Part shown: piece after piece, positions 26,694 through 37,425 of the stretch | How positions within the stretch are numbered: the stretch's first letter is position 1 | Layout: every line of letters starts with the position of its first letter | Assembly (NCBI GenBank): GCA_945897475.1 | Contig: CAMDFL010000001.1 | Span: 4,842-68,841, forward strand | DNA length: 64,000 nucleotides | Source of the DNA: Bordetella parapertussis | GTDB taxonomy: Bacteria; Pseudomonadota; Gammaproteobacteria; Burkholderiales; SG8-39 | Reading direction: 5' to 3' | The notes under the pieces: model-generated | Databases searched by the model: none | Seen by the model: only the letters and a program-made list of their open reading frames with translations | Told to the model about the DNA's origin: nothing | Translations under genes and position numbers: made by a program

Positions 26694-27551
26694 GTGGCAA
26701 GCCTTGCCGCGATTCTCAAAACAAGCGGCCTGGACCGGCTCGAGGCGCGCGTGCTCGCCGCGCATGCGCTGGGCGTCGAGCGTGTCTGGATCAGCGCGCA
26801 CGAGAACGAGGAAATAAATGACCGCGCCGCTGCACAAATTCAGGCACTGCATCAGCGCCGCAGCGCCGGCGAGCCGGTGGCCTATCTCACCGGCGAGCGC
26901 GAGTTCTATGGGCTGTCGTTCTCGGTGTCACCCGCGGTTTTGATTCCTCGACCCGAAACCGAACTATTGGTCGATTGCGCGCTGCCTCTCCTGCGCGAGG
27001 GCTCACGGGTGTTGGATCTGGGTACCGGCAGCGGCGCAATTGCCATTGCTATTGCACATCATTACCCTGCCGCCGAAGTCATCGCCTGCGATGCCTCTGC
27101 TGGGGCTTTGGAGATGGCACGCGCCAATGCCAGGCGCCACGGTGCTGAAGTGAGATTCATGAAAAGCGACTGGTTCTCGGCATTGCAAGGCGAGCGATTC
27201 GATATGGTGGTCTCCAATCCGCCCTACATCGCACTGGGTGATCCGCATTTAACGCAGGGTGATCTGCGTTTTGAACCTTGTGAGGCCTTGGTGGCGGGAG
27301 TCGAGGGTGTGGAGTGCATCGAAGCTATTTCTGCGGCGGCGGTTGATTACCTGCTGCCCGGTGGCTGGCTTTTGCTGGAGCATGGGCATGATCAAGGCGA
27401 GGTTTGTGTTCGCATGTTGCAGCAACTCGGTTTTACGCAGATCTGCGACCATCGGGATCTGGCCGGGATTGCACGAACCGTGCAAGCGCGTTTTGGCACG
27501 ATTTGCGCAGGCACGGCAAGCCTATCCGACACAAGCGCATCCGTGGTTTGA
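26694..27551 (+). CDS. prmC: Release-factor glutamine N5-methyltransferase
   Basis: 285 aa with a GTG start, 'VLDLGTGSGAIAI' (SAM-binding) and 'VSNPPYI' (NPPY). Confidence 0.9.
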   Translation: MASLAAILKTSGLDRLEARVLAAHALGVERVWISAHENEEINDRAAAQIQALHQRRSAGEPVAYLTGEREFYGLSFSVSPAVLIPRPETELLVDCALPLLREGSRVLDLGTGSGAIAIAIAHHYPAAEVIACDASAGALEMARANARRHGAEVRFMKSDWFSALQGERFDMVVSNPPYIALGDPHLTQGDLRFEPCEALVAGVEGVECIEAISAAAVDYLLPGGWLLLEHGHDQGEVCVRMLQQLGFTQICDHRDLAGIARTVQARFGTICAGTASLSDTSASVV

Positions 27552-27639
27552 CCGATTGCCGTGCCAGCGTTAAAATCCCGACAAATTTAGTTGGGTATAA
27601 AGTTCTGTCATAAGATTAATTCGGCAATAGGTTCGGAAG

Positions 27640-27678
27640 TTAATTTCGAATTTAATTCCAAAGATAATTCGAAATTAA
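27640..27678. promoter_or_regulatory. Perfect 13-bp inverted repeat (candidate operator) upstream of grxD
   Basis: TTAATTTCGAATT (27640-27652) and AATTCGAAATTAA (27666-27678) are separated by a 13-nt spacer. The site is 29 nt upstream of the grxD ATG in a very AT-rich gap. Confidence 0.5.
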
Positions 27679-27706
27679 ATTCAAAATCAACCCCTTGGAG
27701 CATTCG

Positions 27707-28018
27707 ATGGACGCCAGGCAACGCATACATGAAACCGTCACCGGCCATCCGGTTGTACTGTTTATGAAGGGCACTCCGCAGTTTCCGCAATGCGGATTTT
27801 CCGCCAATGCGATTCAGTTGCTCAAAGCATCTGGCGCCGAATCCTTGCACACGGTCAATGTGCTGGAAGATGCCGACGTCCGCCAGGGTATCAAGGAGTA
27901 CGCCAACTGGCCGACCATCCCTCAGCTCTATATCAACGGGGAGTTCGTCGGTGGTTCGGACATCATGCGCGAGATGTACCAGTCGGGTGAGTTACAGAAG
28001 TTGCTGGAGAAGAAATAA
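27707..28018 (+). CDS. grxD: Monothiol glutaredoxin (Grx4 family)
   Basis: 'VVLFMKGTPQFPQCGFS' is the CGFS active site. ATG 27707 has GGAG 7 nt upstream, so it is preferred over the TTG at 27695. Confidence 0.9.
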   Translation: MDARQRIHETVTGHPVVLFMKGTPQFPQCGFSANAIQLLKASGAESLHTVNVLEDADVRQGIKEYANWPTIPQLYINGEFVGGSDIMREMYQSGELQKLLEKK

Positions 28019-28107
28019 GCCAGGAAAGCTTCGGAACAGGAAGACAGGGCGGGCCTCTCTTCTCGTTCCCCGTTACCGCCCCCAGGTGTCGTTGCCGCGT
28101 TAAGGGA

Positions 28108-29556
28108 TCAAACTTGGCGCAAAGCGCGGCGGGCAGCTGCGCGTACCTGTATTGGCGCGGTGCCGCCTGGGTGGCAGCGGGCGGCGACAGATCCTTGGAG
28201 GGTTAGCGCGCGCCGCACGTCGGTGCCGATCTTCGGGGAAAAACGCTGCAGCTCAGAGAGCGGCAATTCGCCCAGATCCAGCTTTTGCAATTCTGCGTGA
28301 CGCACCGCGCGTGCCACGATTTCATGGGCGTCGCGAAATGCCACACCTTTTTTTACCAGGTAATCGGCAAGGTCGGTGGCGGTGGCGTAGCCTTCGCGTG
28401 CCGCGGCTAGCATGCGCTCGGGATGAACACTGATGCCGGGCATCATCTCCGCGAATATGGCGAGCGTTTCCCGCAGAGTGTCGACGGCGTCGAACAGCGG
28501 TTCCTTGTCTTCCTGGTTGTCCTTGTTATAAGTGAGCGGTTGGCCCTTCATCAGCGTGAGCAGTGCCATGAGATCACCAAACACGCGCGCGCTCTTGCCA
28601 CGCGCCAGTTCCGGAACATCCGGATTTTTCTTTTGCGGCATCATCGACGAGCCGGTGCAATAGCGGTCGGGTAAGCCTACAAATCCGAACCGCGGGCTCA
28701 TCCACAGCACCAATTCTTCCGAAAGGCGCGACAGGTGCATCATGGAAATGGCGGCACAGGAACAGAATTCGATGGCGAAATCGCGGTCAGAGACCGCGTC
28801 GAGTGAATTGGCGCAGAAGCCATCGAAGCCCAGTTCGCGCGCTACTTGATCGCGACGTATCGGAAAGGTGGTGCCGGCCAGCGCACCCGCTCCCAGGGGC
28901 GACACATTCAGCCGTTTTCGACAATCGAGAAGGCGCAGCGTATCGCGTTCGAACATCTCGCCATAGGCCATCAAATGATGTCCAAACGTTACCGGCTGCG
29001 CAACCTGCATATGGGTGAATCCGGGCATGATGAGCGCGGCGTGCTCTAGCGCCAGGGTCGCCAGCGCGCGCCGCAGCGACTTCATCAGGACGACGATGCC
29101 ATCGAGCTCCCCGCGCAGCCACAGGCGCACGTCGGTGGCCACCTGATCATTGCGTGAGCGCGCGGTGTGTAATTTCTTACCCGCTTCGCCCACCAGGGCG
29201 GTGAGGCGACGCTCGATGTTCAAATGCACGTCTTCGTTATCCAGCGACCAGGGGAAGCTGCCGGTGTCGATCTCGTGTTGAATCGCTTTCATGCCACGCA
29301 CGATCGCCGCTAGGTCGCCCCGCGTGATGATGCCAGTGGTGGCGAGCATGCGCGCATGCGCGAGCGAACCGCGAATGTCGACCTGTGCCAGGCGCCGGTC
29401 GAAATCCACCGATGCGGTGTAACGCTTGACACGCTCGGCGACCGGTTCGGCGAAGCGTCCCGACCAGGCAGAGTTGCCGCCATGGGTCGAGCCCTTCTGC
29501 GCGCTCTTGGGCAATTTTTGGACTTTGTTCCTGGGGAACGGAGATTTTCTTGGCAT
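28108..29556 (-). CDS. argH: Argininosuccinate lyase (canonical)
   Basis: 'WSGRFAEP', '[11 protein letters not shown]', '[16 protein letters not shown]' and '[16 protein letters not shown]'. ATG 29556 is chosen as the start. The ORF extends to a GTG at 29616, which would clash with the divergent kinase gene. Confidence 0.9.
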   Translation of the reverse strand: MPRKSPFPRNKVQKLPKSAQKGSTHGGNSAWSGRFAEPVAERVKRYTASVDFDRRLAQVDIRGSLAHARMLATTGIITRGDLAAIVRGMKAIQHEIDTGSFPWSLDNEDVHLNIERRLTALVGEAGKKLHTARSRNDQVATDVRLWLRGELDGIVVLMKSLRRALATLALEHAALIMPGFTHMQVAQPVTFGHHLMAYGEMFERDTLRLLDCRKRLNVSPLGAGALAGTTFPIRRDQVARELGFDGFCANSLDAVSDRDFAIEFCSCAAISMMHLSRLSEELVLWMSPRFGFVGLPDRYCTGSSMMPQKKNPDVPELARGKSARVFGDLMALLTLMKGQPLTYNKDNQEDKEPLFDAVDTLRETLAIFAEMMPGISVHPERMLAAAREGYATATDLADYLVKKGVAFRDAHEIVARAVRHAELQKLDLGELPLSELQRFSPKIGTDVRRALTLQGSVAARCHPGGTAPIQVRAAARRALRQV

Positions 29557-29660
29557 AAAATGCAGTGGACTGTTTTTGTGATCGGATTTTGTCGCCCGTG
29601 TCTGAGTGCTTGGCACTCGGGCGAATTCATCAAAACGAACCGGCCCGTGCCATCACTTCA

Positions 29661-30689
29661 TTGAACGCAAGCAAGCCCATAAGTATAAGGCAAACGTTCG
29701 GCCCGCTCCCCGATTTTCGCAATCTGGGGGTGATGACGCGGGTGTTGCTGGCGGTCAATTTGGCTGGCCTGGTCACCGCGTTGCTGCGTAGCGCAGAACT
29801 GCGCGAAGTCGTCGATCAGTTCGCGCTGATTGCCACCACGCTGGAGCCGTCTTTACTGGCGGCTTTGGTGAGCCTGCATTTGCTGAGTCGCCTGTTGCGA
29901 AGACTGGGCTACCTCGCCGGCCTTGCCATGACCTTGATGCTGACAGCATCGATTGCCGCTGGGGTGAGCGCGGGCTTGGGGCAGTTGGGTCTGGGTCGGG
30001 CCGACGCAATGTGGAGCGCGGTCTACGCCCTGTTGCTGACGCTTGGATTGGCGGCGTACTTCTCGCTTTGGCAGCGAGCGTTTTCACCGGCATTGGCCGA
30101 GGCTCGGCTGCAGGCTTTGCAGGCGCGGATCAGACCCCATTTCCTGTTCAACAGCATCAACGCCGTGCTTTCCCTGATGCGCAGCGACCCGCGGCGCGCG
30201 GAAACCGCGCTGGAAGATATGGCCGACCTGTTTCGCAGCGTCATGCGCGATAACCGTGATCTGGTGACATTGGATGAGGAAGTCACCCTTACCCGGTGTT
30301 ATCTGGATCTGGAGAATTTACGTCTGGGCGACAGGCTGATTGTAGAATGGCATGTCGACCCATCGTGTGCATCCGCCATGCTGCCCTCCATGCTGCTGCA
30401 GCCGCTGGTGGAGAATGCCGTTTATCACGGCATCGAACCGGGCGCCGCGCCCGGAAAAATAGAGATCAACGTGCGTCGAGCCGGCGACCAGATGCAGCTT
30501 GAGTTATCCAATCCCTATTGGCCGGAGCATCAGCATCGTCAGGGCAATCGCATGGCGCTCGCCAATATCGGCGAGCGGCTGGCTTTGCACTTCGATGTCG
30601 AGGCTTCTCTGGAGACATCCATCCTGGATAATCGCTTTCGAATCCTGATTTCAGTTCCCTTCAGGGTCTCCGACGCACACAAGGCATGA
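29661..30689 (+). CDS. algZ: LytS/AlgZ(FimS)-type sensor histidine kinase
   Basis: Polytopic N-terminal half, then 'RIRPHFLFNSINAVLSLMR' (His_kinase PF06580-type H box) and 'LLQPLVENAVYHGIEP' (N box). The position between argH and a LytTR regulator upstream of hemC matches Pseudomonas algZ-algR synteny. The start is uncertain (TTG 29661, GTG 29565 or ATG 29733). Confidence 0.75.
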   Translation: MNASKPISIRQTFGPLPDFRNLGVMTRVLLAVNLAGLVTALLRSAELREVVDQFALIATTLEPSLLAALVSLHLLSRLLRRLGYLAGLAMTLMLTASIAAGVSAGLGQLGLGRADAMWSAVYALLLTLGLAAYFSLWQRAFSPALAEARLQALQARIRPHFLFNSINAVLSLMRSDPRRAETALEDMADLFRSVMRDNRDLVTLDEEVTLTRCYLDLENLRLGDRLIVEWHVDPSCASAMLPSMLLQPLVENAVYHGIEPGAAPGKIEINVRRAGDQMQLELSNPYWPEHQHRQGNRMALANIGERLALHFDVEASLETSILDNRFRILISVPFRVSDAHKA

Positions 30690-30699
30690 GTGCGCCGGC

Positions 30700-31518
30700 A
30701 TGAACGCCCATCCTGAACGCATCCATGAACCAACGCGTATGAACCCTGGCCTTCGAATTCTGCTGGTCGATGACGAGGCGCCCGCGCGCGCGCGCCTGCG
30801 CGAAGTGCTCGCCGATTGTTCGGCAGACACGCCCAATCAGGTTGTCGGCGAAGCCGCCAGCGGCGTTCAGGCGCTTGCCTTGCTTCCTGATTGCCGCGCC
30901 GAGCTGGCTCTGGTCGATATTCACATGCCGGGCATGAGCGGTATCGAGTTCGCGCGTCATCTGCAAGTGCTGGAGATGCCACCTGGGGTGATATTTGTCA
31001 CGGCGCACGATCAATACGCGGTGCAGGCGTTCGAACTCAATGCCATCGATTATTTGTTGAAACCGGTGCGCGCGGCGCGTCTGGCAGCGGCATTGGGAAA
31101 ATTCCGGGTAGGCAGCGGCCCGGAGCGCGAGTATTTGGAGCGCGTCGATCCGGGGCCGCGTCGCTATTTCAGTTCAGCAGAACGCGGGCGCGTCCATCTG
31201 ATCCCGGTGGAGGAGGTGTTGTTTCTCAAGGCCGAGTTGAAGTACGTTACCGTGCACACGCGCGAACGCGAGTTTCTGATCGAGGATTCGCTTGCCCAGA
31301 TTGAGCAGGAGTCCAAAGGCCGATTCATACGAGTGCATCGCAATTGCCTGGTTGCGGTAGATCGGATTCGTGGCGCCGAGTGCTTGCCCGCCGCGCCGGT
31401 TGACGAGGAAGGGGGGCAGGAGATCGGTCATTGGGCGTTGCGCCTGGATGGGTACGCCGAGCCGATCGCGGTGAGCCGGCGGCAGTGGGGCGCGGTCAAG
31501 TCGCTGGTGAAACGCTGA
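30700..31518 (+). CDS. algR: LytTR-family response regulator (AlgR-like)
   Basis: The receiver domain is 'ILLVDDEAPARARL...LVDIHMPGMSG...DYLLKP'. The C-terminal LytTR domain is 'VHLIPVEEVLFLKAELKYVTVHTREREFLIEDSLAQIE...FIRVHRNCLV'. An alternative start is ATG 30739. Confidence 0.85.
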   Translation: MNAHPERIHEPTRMNPGLRILLVDDEAPARARLREVLADCSADTPNQVVGEAASGVQALALLPDCRAELALVDIHMPGMSGIEFARHLQVLEMPPGVIFVTAHDQYAVQAFELNAIDYLLKPVRAARLAAALGKFRVGSGPEREYLERVDPGPRRYFSSAERGRVHLIPVEEVLFLKAELKYVTVHTREREFLIEDSLAQIEQESKGRFIRVHRNCLVAVDRIRGAECLPAAPVDEEGGQEIGHWALRLDGYAEPIAVSRRQWGAVKSLVKR

Positions 31519-31735
31519 TAGAACCGTGAGCCCCCAGACATGGGCAGGCGCGGTGAAATCTGCGCGACGGATGGCGCGCTATGCGTGCATGCTAATATCG
31601 TCGCACTCGCAAGCAGCCCGGACGTGTCTACACTGATGTGGATCTACAGATAGGCCAGAGGCGCCCATAAGGTGGCTTGCACATCACCGCAGACCACCCC
31701 ATTGCACAAAACCCCATCCTCATCCGGTCTCCAGC

Positions 31736-32653
31736 GTGAATACTGATCGTATCGTTATCGCATCTCGCGAAAGCCGTCTTGCCTTGTGGCAGGCCGAGCA
31801 CGTTCGGGACGCCTTGCTGCAGTTGTATCCTTCGCGCGCCATCGAAATTCTGGGGATGAGTACCCAAGGCGACCGAATTCTTGATGTGAGTCTGTCGGCA
31901 ATCGGCGGCAAGGGCCTGTTCGTCAAGGAGCTTGAAGTCGCCATGATCGAGGGCCGCGCGGATTTCGCGGTGCATTCGGCTAAAGATGTGCCTATGGTGT
32001 TGCCGCCGGGATTTCACATCGCGGCCACGCTCAAGCGCGAAGACCCGCGCGATTGCTGGGTGTCCACGCGATATCGTAATTTCGATCTTCTGCCGCACGG
32101 TGCGCGCGTGGGTAGTTCTAGCCTGCGTCGCGAGGCGCAAATACGTGAACGACTGGCGCATATCGATGTAGTGCCGGTGCGCGGCAATCTGGATACACGG
32201 CTCGCCAAGCTCGATCGTGGCGAATATGACGCGCTGATATTGGCCGCGGCCGGGTTGAAGCGTTTGGGTTTGGGGGGGCGGATTGCCGGTTTTATCGACA
32301 CCGAGCACAGCCTTCCAGCGCCGGGTCAGGGGGCATTGATGATCGAATGCCGGGAGGATCGCAGCGATCTCATTGGGCTGTTGGCGCGATTGAACGACAG
32401 CGATACCGATGTCTGCGTTCGCGCCGAACGCTGCGCGAGCCGCGCGCTTTCTGGGAGTTGCCAGTTGCCCCTTGCTGTCTTCGGTGAAATAGAGGCGGGC
32501 CAGTTGCGTTTGCGTGGATTGGTCGCCACGCAGGACGGCCGCACCGTATTGCGTGCTGAGCTCCGCGGCAATCCCGAGGATGCGGACCGCCTGGGTGAGC
32601 GCTTGGCCGCGCAATTGCGCGAATCCGGCGCCGACCGCATTCTCGTTCGCTGA
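31736..32653 (+). CDS. hemC: Porphobilinogen deaminase (hydroxymethylbilane synthase)
   Basis: 305 aa with a GTG start, '[16 protein letters not shown]', '[11 protein letters not shown]' and '[11 protein letters not shown]'. The cofactor Cys lies in '[10 protein letters not shown]'. Confidence 0.92.
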   Translation: MNTDRIVIASRESRLALWQAEHVRDALLQLYPSRAIEILGMSTQGDRILDVSLSAIGGKGLFVKELEVAMIEGRADFAVHSAKDVPMVLPPGFHIAATLKREDPRDCWVSTRYRNFDLLPHGARVGSSSLRREAQIRERLAHIDVVPVRGNLDTRLAKLDRGEYDALILAAAGLKRLGLGGRIAGFIDTEHSLPAPGQGALMIECREDRSDLIGLLARLNDSDTDVCVRAERCASRALSGSCQLPLAVFGEIEAGQLRLRGLVATQDGRTVLRAELRGNPEDADRLGERLAAQLRESGADRILVR

Positions 32654-32659
32654 ATTCAG

Positions 32660-33445
32660 ATGGACGATCAGGGCATGGGCGAGAAATTGCGCGGCAATGC
32701 CATTCTGATTGTCAGGCCGGCGGGCCTGGGCGACGCCTTGGCTTCAATGATTCGCGCCGAGGGTGGCGAGCCCATCCTGCTTCCGGCGATTGTTATTCTC
32801 TCGGCGCCGCGCCCGGAGCGCCTGGCGACGCTGATTGCCAGGCTGCATACCTTCGAGTGGGCGATTTTCGTGAGCCCAAGCGCGGCACGCGAGGGCGCTA
32901 AGATCGTACGCGCGACACGCCACTGGCCACCCGGTGTGCGAATGGCTGCGGTTGGCCGCGGAACCGCCGACGCGCTTGCCGAGCTTGGTATGAAAGACGT
33001 TTTGGCGCCCGCCGCGCCTGGCGATAGCGACGCACTTGCCGCGCTACCTGAGTTGCAGGAGATGGCCGGCCAGAATGTGGTGATATTTCGCGGCGATGGC
33101 GGCCGCGAGCATCTCGGGCGCGTGCTCGCGCAACGCGGCGCGCGCGTGGAATACGCCGAATGCTACCGGCGGGCGCGGCCCGCGGTCGATATGTCAGGCT
33201 TGTTGGCGCGTTTGCACGCCGGCAGGGTGCAGGCCATTTGCGCGGCCAGCGGCGAAGCATTGCGTAACCTGCTTGAAATGTCAGGCGCCGAGCACCGGAG
33301 CCTGGCTCTGGCAATGCCGGTTTTCGTGCCGCATCCACGCGTGGCCGAAGCTGCCCGCGAGATGGGGTTCACCCAGGCCATCGTTGCCATCGGTGGCGAC
33401 CACGCAATCGCGGAAGGTTTGGCTGCATTTTTTGCTAAAGTGTGA
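32660..33445 (+). CDS. hemD: Uroporphyrinogen-III synthase
   Basis: 261 aa immediately after hemC, with HemD-like two-lobe repeats (ILIVRPAG...; VVIFRGDGGRE...). The call rests mainly on conserved synteny and overall pattern. Confidence 0.8.
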   Translation: MDDQGMGEKLRGNAILIVRPAGLGDALASMIRAEGGEPILLPAIVILSAPRPERLATLIARLHTFEWAIFVSPSAAREGAKIVRATRHWPPGVRMAAVGRGTADALAELGMKDVLAPAAPGDSDALAALPELQEMAGQNVVIFRGDGGREHLGRVLAQRGARVEYAECYRRARPAVDMSGLLARLHAGRVQAICAASGEALRNLLEMSGAEHRSLALAMPVFVPHPRVAEAAREMGFTQAIVAIGGDHAIAEGLAAFFAKV

Positions 33446-33502
33446 GAGGTCCATGAATAAGTATCAATCCCGGCTCATCCATCAACGCACTGCTGTGAGC
33501 GC

Positions 33503-34537
33503 TTGCCCGTGAACGACGCGGAGAATCGTGCCGAATTCAGCGTTGCCGGTAGCACCGCCCATCTGCCTAGATGGGTTCCTGGCGTGGCCGTGTTGCTGGC
33601 TGCGGCGCTGGCGTGGATGTGGATCGATACGCGCGGCGATGTGCAGGCCTTGCGCGGTGAGTTGGCCGGCAAGCTTCGCGAAACCGATTCGGACAGCCGC
33701 GACGCGCGTGCCGCCGCGCGCCAGGCGCAGGAGTCGGTGCGCGACGCGCAAGTACGAATTGTGCAACTGGAATCGCGTCTGGCCGAATCGCAAAACCAGC
33801 AATTGGCGCTGGAATCGCTCTATCAGGATTTGTCCCGAGGACGCGATGAATGGGTGCTGGCCGAAGTGGAGCAAATCCTCGCCATCGCCTCGCAACAGTT
33901 GCAACTCGCCGGCAACGTGCAAGCCGCACTGGTTGCATTGCAGACCGCGGATGCGCGCCTGGCGGGTTCCGAACGGCCGCAACTGATTTCTGTTCGCAAG
34001 GCCTTGGCACAGGACATCGAGCGGCTCAAGTCAGCGCCCAATGTGGATGTGGTGGGCCTTGCGCTCAAGATCGATTATGTGATCGCGGCGATAGAGGGTC
34101 TGCCTTTGTCCGCTGATGAGCGGGCGGTGGCGCCGCGCGACAGTGAACCTCTCGAGCAAGGGTTCTGGGCTCGCCTTGGAACCGGCATTTGGGATGAGTT
34201 GAGACAATTGGTGCGGGTGCGCAACATCGAGCAAGCAGAGGCGCCCCTGCTCTCGCCCACGCAGTCCTATTTTCTGAAACACAACCTGCAATTGCGATTA
34301 TTGAACGCGCGCCTAGCATTGCTCAATCGCAATGAGCCGGTGTTGCGCGCCGACCTTGCGGCCGCCAACGCCTGGTTGACGCGATATTTCGATATGCGCT
34401 CAAAGTCGGTTATCGCCGCGGGTGCGACGCTCAAACAAGTATCGGCCAGCGCTATCAGCATCGAACCACCTAGTGTCGCCGAAAGCCTTGCTGCGGTTCA
34501 CAGCTTTAAGACCGCCCGCGACAAATCGACACGATGA
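33503..34537 (+). CDS. hemX: HemX-like membrane protein (so-called uroporphyrinogen-III C-methyltransferase family)
   Basis: One N-terminal TM segment (VPGVAVLLAAALAWMWI) is followed by a long coiled-coil and the 'LRLLNARLALL' region typical of HemX. The TTG start is uncertain. Confidence 0.75.
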   Translation: MPVNDAENRAEFSVAGSTAHLPRWVPGVAVLLAAALAWMWIDTRGDVQALRGELAGKLRETDSDSRDARAAARQAQESVRDAQVRIVQLESRLAESQNQQLALESLYQDLSRGRDEWVLAEVEQILAIASQQLQLAGNVQAALVALQTADARLAGSERPQLISVRKALAQDIERLKSAPNVDVVGLALKIDYVIAAIEGLPLSADERAVAPRDSEPLEQGFWARLGTGIWDELRQLVRVRNIEQAEAPLLSPTQSYFLKHNLQLRLLNARLALLNRNEPVLRADLAAANAWLTRYFDMRSKSVIAAGATLKQVSASAISIEPPSVAESLAAVHSFKTARDKSTR

Positions 34538-34568
34538 GCGGCGCCGCGACAACGCCCGGAGCCGTGCC

Positions 34569-35744
34569 ATGAGGGGATTGCTGTGGGTGATCGGCGCATT
34601 TGCGGCGGCGGTGGCCTTGTCGCTAGCTTTGCAGGATGACGGCTATGTCCTCATCACCCTGCCGCCATGGCGTATCGAAATCTCCTTGCTATTCGCGATA
34701 CTGGTGCTGGTGGGTGGATTCCTAGCCGGGTATTTTCTGGTGCGGGTGGCATCTAATACTCTTAACTTACCCGCTCACGTGCGCGCCTTCCGGCTGCGTC
34801 AACGCGAAACGCGGGCGCGACTGGCCCTGGTGGATGCGATGCAAGCGCTCCTGGAGGGGCGTTACGCGCGCGTCGATAAGCTTTCCGGTGAAGCCTGGGA
34901 GAACGGTGCGTCGCCTGCCTTGGCGAGCCTGATCGGCGCAAGAGCAGCGCAACGCCGGCGCGACTTCAAACGGCGCGATGAGTGGTTGGAGCGTGCGCGC
35001 GCCGCCGAACCCGAATGGCGCAACGCGCGTCTCGCCGTTACTGCCGAACTGCTTGCCGAAGAGCACCGCTTCGACGAAGCAAAAAATCTCATCGTCGAAT
35101 TGCACGCCGGCGGATTGCGCCATTTGTCCAGCCAGCAATTGCTGTTGCGCTGCGAGCAGGCATTGGGCAATTGGGAGGAGGTGGTGCGCCTCGCGCAGCA
35201 ACTGGCCAAGCGCGGTGCGTTGACGCCCGATGCGCTGCAGAGCATGGCCAGTGGCGCCCACATCGCGCAACTCGAGCGCCTGTCGCAGGATTCTTCGCGC
35301 CTTGGTGAGTTCTGGCGGAAATTGCCGCGCGAGCAGCGCGTGCACGCGAGAACCGCGACGGCCGCGGCGCGCGCATTCATGCAGAGTGGCGATTGCGGCG
35401 CCGCTCACCGCCTGATTGAAGATGCCCTTGGGTCGGCCTGGGAGCCAGAGCTGGTGCGGCTCTACGGAGAATGCAAGGCCCCGGACAGCCTGCTTCGTAT
35501 CGAGCACGGCGAGCGCTGGTTGCTAAGCCATACGCGTGATGCGATGCTGTTGTCGGTGTTGGGGAGGTTATGCATGGAGCGGGAATTGTGGGGCAAGGCG
35601 CAAAGCTATCTGGAGGCAAGCCTTGCCATCGAAGTCACCCGCGCAACGCATATTGCGCTGGGGCGATTGTTCGACGCCACAAACAGGATTGACGAGGCCA
35701 ACCGGCATTACCGGGCGAGCGCGGATGTGGGGATTGCGGATTGA
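34569..35744 (+). CDS. hemY: HemY-like TPR membrane protein
   Basis: Start chosen at ATG 34569 (MRGLLWVIGAFAAAVALSLAL). It has two N-terminal TM segments, 'PPWRIEISL' and C-terminal TPR-like repeats, and it is last in the hemCDXY order. Confidence 0.8.
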   Translation: MRGLLWVIGAFAAAVALSLALQDDGYVLITLPPWRIEISLLFAILVLVGGFLAGYFLVRVASNTLNLPAHVRAFRLRQRETRARLALVDAMQALLEGRYARVDKLSGEAWENGASPALASLIGARAAQRRRDFKRRDEWLERARAAEPEWRNARLAVTAELLAEEHRFDEAKNLIVELHAGGLRHLSSQQLLLRCEQALGNWEEVVRLAQQLAKRGALTPDALQSMASGAHIAQLERLSQDSSRLGEFWRKLPREQRVHARTATAAARAFMQSGDCGAAHRLIEDALGSAWEPELVRLYGECKAPDSLLRIEHGERWLLSHTRDAMLLSVLGRLCMERELWGKAQSYLEASLAIEVTRATHIALGRLFDATNRIDEANRHYRASADVGIAD

Positions 35745-35784
35745 GCAGGAGAAGACGAAGACTATCCCCGTCGCTGATCGGGAC

Positions 35785-36435
35785 TCAACTCAGTATCTTG
35801 CGCAATTTGTTGACTGCGCTATCCGGGCTGGTGAGCACAGGGCAGGACAGCACGGTGCGCGCCTGGCGCGCGGCCTGTGCCATGGAGAATTGCGCGAGCA
35901 AGACCACGTCGCATTGCCCCAGTTCGGGTAAGGCGGCGGCGATGGCCTGGTCATGTTCCTCGCCCTTGCCTGCGGCAAGCGCATCCATGGCACCGGGCAC
36001 GTGACGGGTTTGAATTTCGATCTTCCGACTACGTAAATCGGCCAGTAACTGCAGCTCTTCCACCATCGAAGGGATGGTCGGTTGAAAAGTGGCCACAATG
36101 CCTATTCGAGACCCTGCAGCGAGCGCCTCCTCCAGCATCGCTTCATTGGGTTTGAGCACCGGGATGCGCACTTGCTTTGCCGCGGTGTCTATCGCTTCGC
36201 CAAACGCCGAGCAGGTAAACAGGATGGCATTCGCGCCGCTAGCCTCGGCATAACGCGCCAGTGTTTCGAATCGGGTGATCATGGCGGCGTCCAGTTTTCC
36301 GCTCGCGGCGAGATCCTCGGAAAGAGAATCCTCCAGCAGATTGGTGGTGCGGGCCTGCGGCCACAATCGGGCAAAGGCTTCGCGAATCGGGTCGACCGCA
36401 AGCGCGGTGGCGTGGATCAGTGCAATTCTAGGCAT
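35785..36435 (-). CDS. Asp/Glu/hydantoin-racemase (arylmalonate-decarboxylase-like) family protein
   Basis: 216 aa with 'ILFTCSAFG' and 'VLLAQFSMA', the two pseudo-symmetric Cys/Ser-loop regions of this fold. Confidence 0.7.
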   Translation of the reverse strand: MPRIALIHATALAVDPIREAFARLWPQARTTNLLEDSLSEDLAASGKLDAAMITRFETLARYAEASGANAILFTCSAFGEAIDTAAKQVRIPVLKPNEAMLEEALAAGSRIGIVATFQPTIPSMVEELQLLADLRSRKIEIQTRHVPGAMDALAAGKGEEHDQAIAAALPELGQCDVVLLAQFSMAQAARQARTVLSCPVLTSPDSAVNKLRKILS

Positions 36436-36470
36436 GGGCTAACCGGATGTTGACTTCTTGTTACAGGGGG

Positions 36471-37400
36471 CTATTCTTCATCGGCCCACTCGCGCGGGCG
36501 AAGATAATCGCGATAAAGACGTCCTTCCTCGCTTGCCTCGGGGGGCTTCCAATCGTAGCGCCACTTCACGGTCGGCGGCAGCGACATCAGGATGGATTCG
36601 GTGCGCCCCCCGGATTGCAGGCCAAATAGCGTGCCTCTATCCCAGACGAGATTGAATTCCACGTAGCGGCCGCGCCGATAGGCTTGAAAATCGCGCTCAC
36701 GTTCGCCAAATGCGAGACTGTTGCGCGCCTCGATAATGGGCACATAGGCGGGTAGAAAGTGATCGGCGACACTTCGGGTCAGCGCAAAACTTGTTTCGAA
36801 ACCGGGTTCATGCAAATCATCGAAGAATATTCCGCCGATGCCGCGCGGTTCATTGCGATGTTTGAGGAAAAAATACTGGTCGCACCAGCGCTTGTAGCGT
36901 GCATGCGTGTCCGCGCCGAAAGGCGCGAGCGCGGCGCGACAACTGCGATGGAAATGCCGGCAGTCTTCATCAAAACCATAGTAAGGCGTGAGGTCCATGC
37001 CGCCGCCAAACCAGAAAATAGGCTCCTTGCCATCAGCCAGTGCCAGCAGGAAGCGAACATTCATGTGAACTGTCGGGCAATAGGGGTTGCGCGGATGCAG
37101 CACCAGCGATACGCCCATGGCCTCGAAGCCGCGACCGGCAAGCTCCGGCCGGGCGCTGGTGGCCGAGGCGGGCAGTTTTGGGCCACTCACATGCGAGAAG
37201 GCCACACCGCCACGCTCGAATAGGCCACCGTCCTCGAGGATGCGCGTATTTCCGTGGCCCTGCAGACCGGAGGGGTCGTCCTTCTCGCGCGCCCAGGCGT
37301 CCTTCGTGAATGGCTTGCCGTCTAAGCGCTCCAACTCGGCAACGATGCGCTCCTGCAGGCAATGCAGGTAGCTTTTGACTTCGCCGGAATCAAAGCTCAT
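36471..37400 (-). CDS. hemF: Oxygen-dependent coproporphyrinogen-III oxidase
   Basis: Start chosen at ATG 37400, 25 nt after the purD stop. Motifs are 'RGGVAFSHV', '[16 protein letters not shown]', '[12 protein letters not shown]', '[10 protein letters not shown]' and '[11 protein letters not shown]'. Confidence 0.92.
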   Translation of the reverse strand: MSFDSGEVKSYLHCLQERIVAELERLDGKPFTKDAWAREKDDPSGLQGHGNTRILEDGGLFERGGVAFSHVSGPKLPASATSARPELAGRGFEAMGVSLVLHPRNPYCPTVHMNVRFLLALADGKEPIFWFGGGMDLTPYYGFDEDCRHFHRSCRAALAPFGADTHARYKRWCDQYFFLKHRNEPRGIGGIFFDDLHEPGFETSFALTRSVADHFLPAYVPIIEARNSLAFGERERDFQAYRRGRYVEFNLVWDRGTLFGLQSGGRTESILMSLPPTVKWRYDWKPPEASEEGRLYRDYLRPREWADEE

Positions 37401-37425
37401 GGCGCGCGGTCCGCAAATTCTTGTG

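Noticed and set aside
31628-32614. 328-aa minus-strand ORF
   Set aside because: It is antisense to hemC and has no recognisable motifs. Other long antisense ORFs are rejected for the same reason: 8435-8944, 23038-23766, 25035-25625, 26120-26719, 34767-35507, 45147-45767, 46851-47561, 48657-49280 and 55915-56637.
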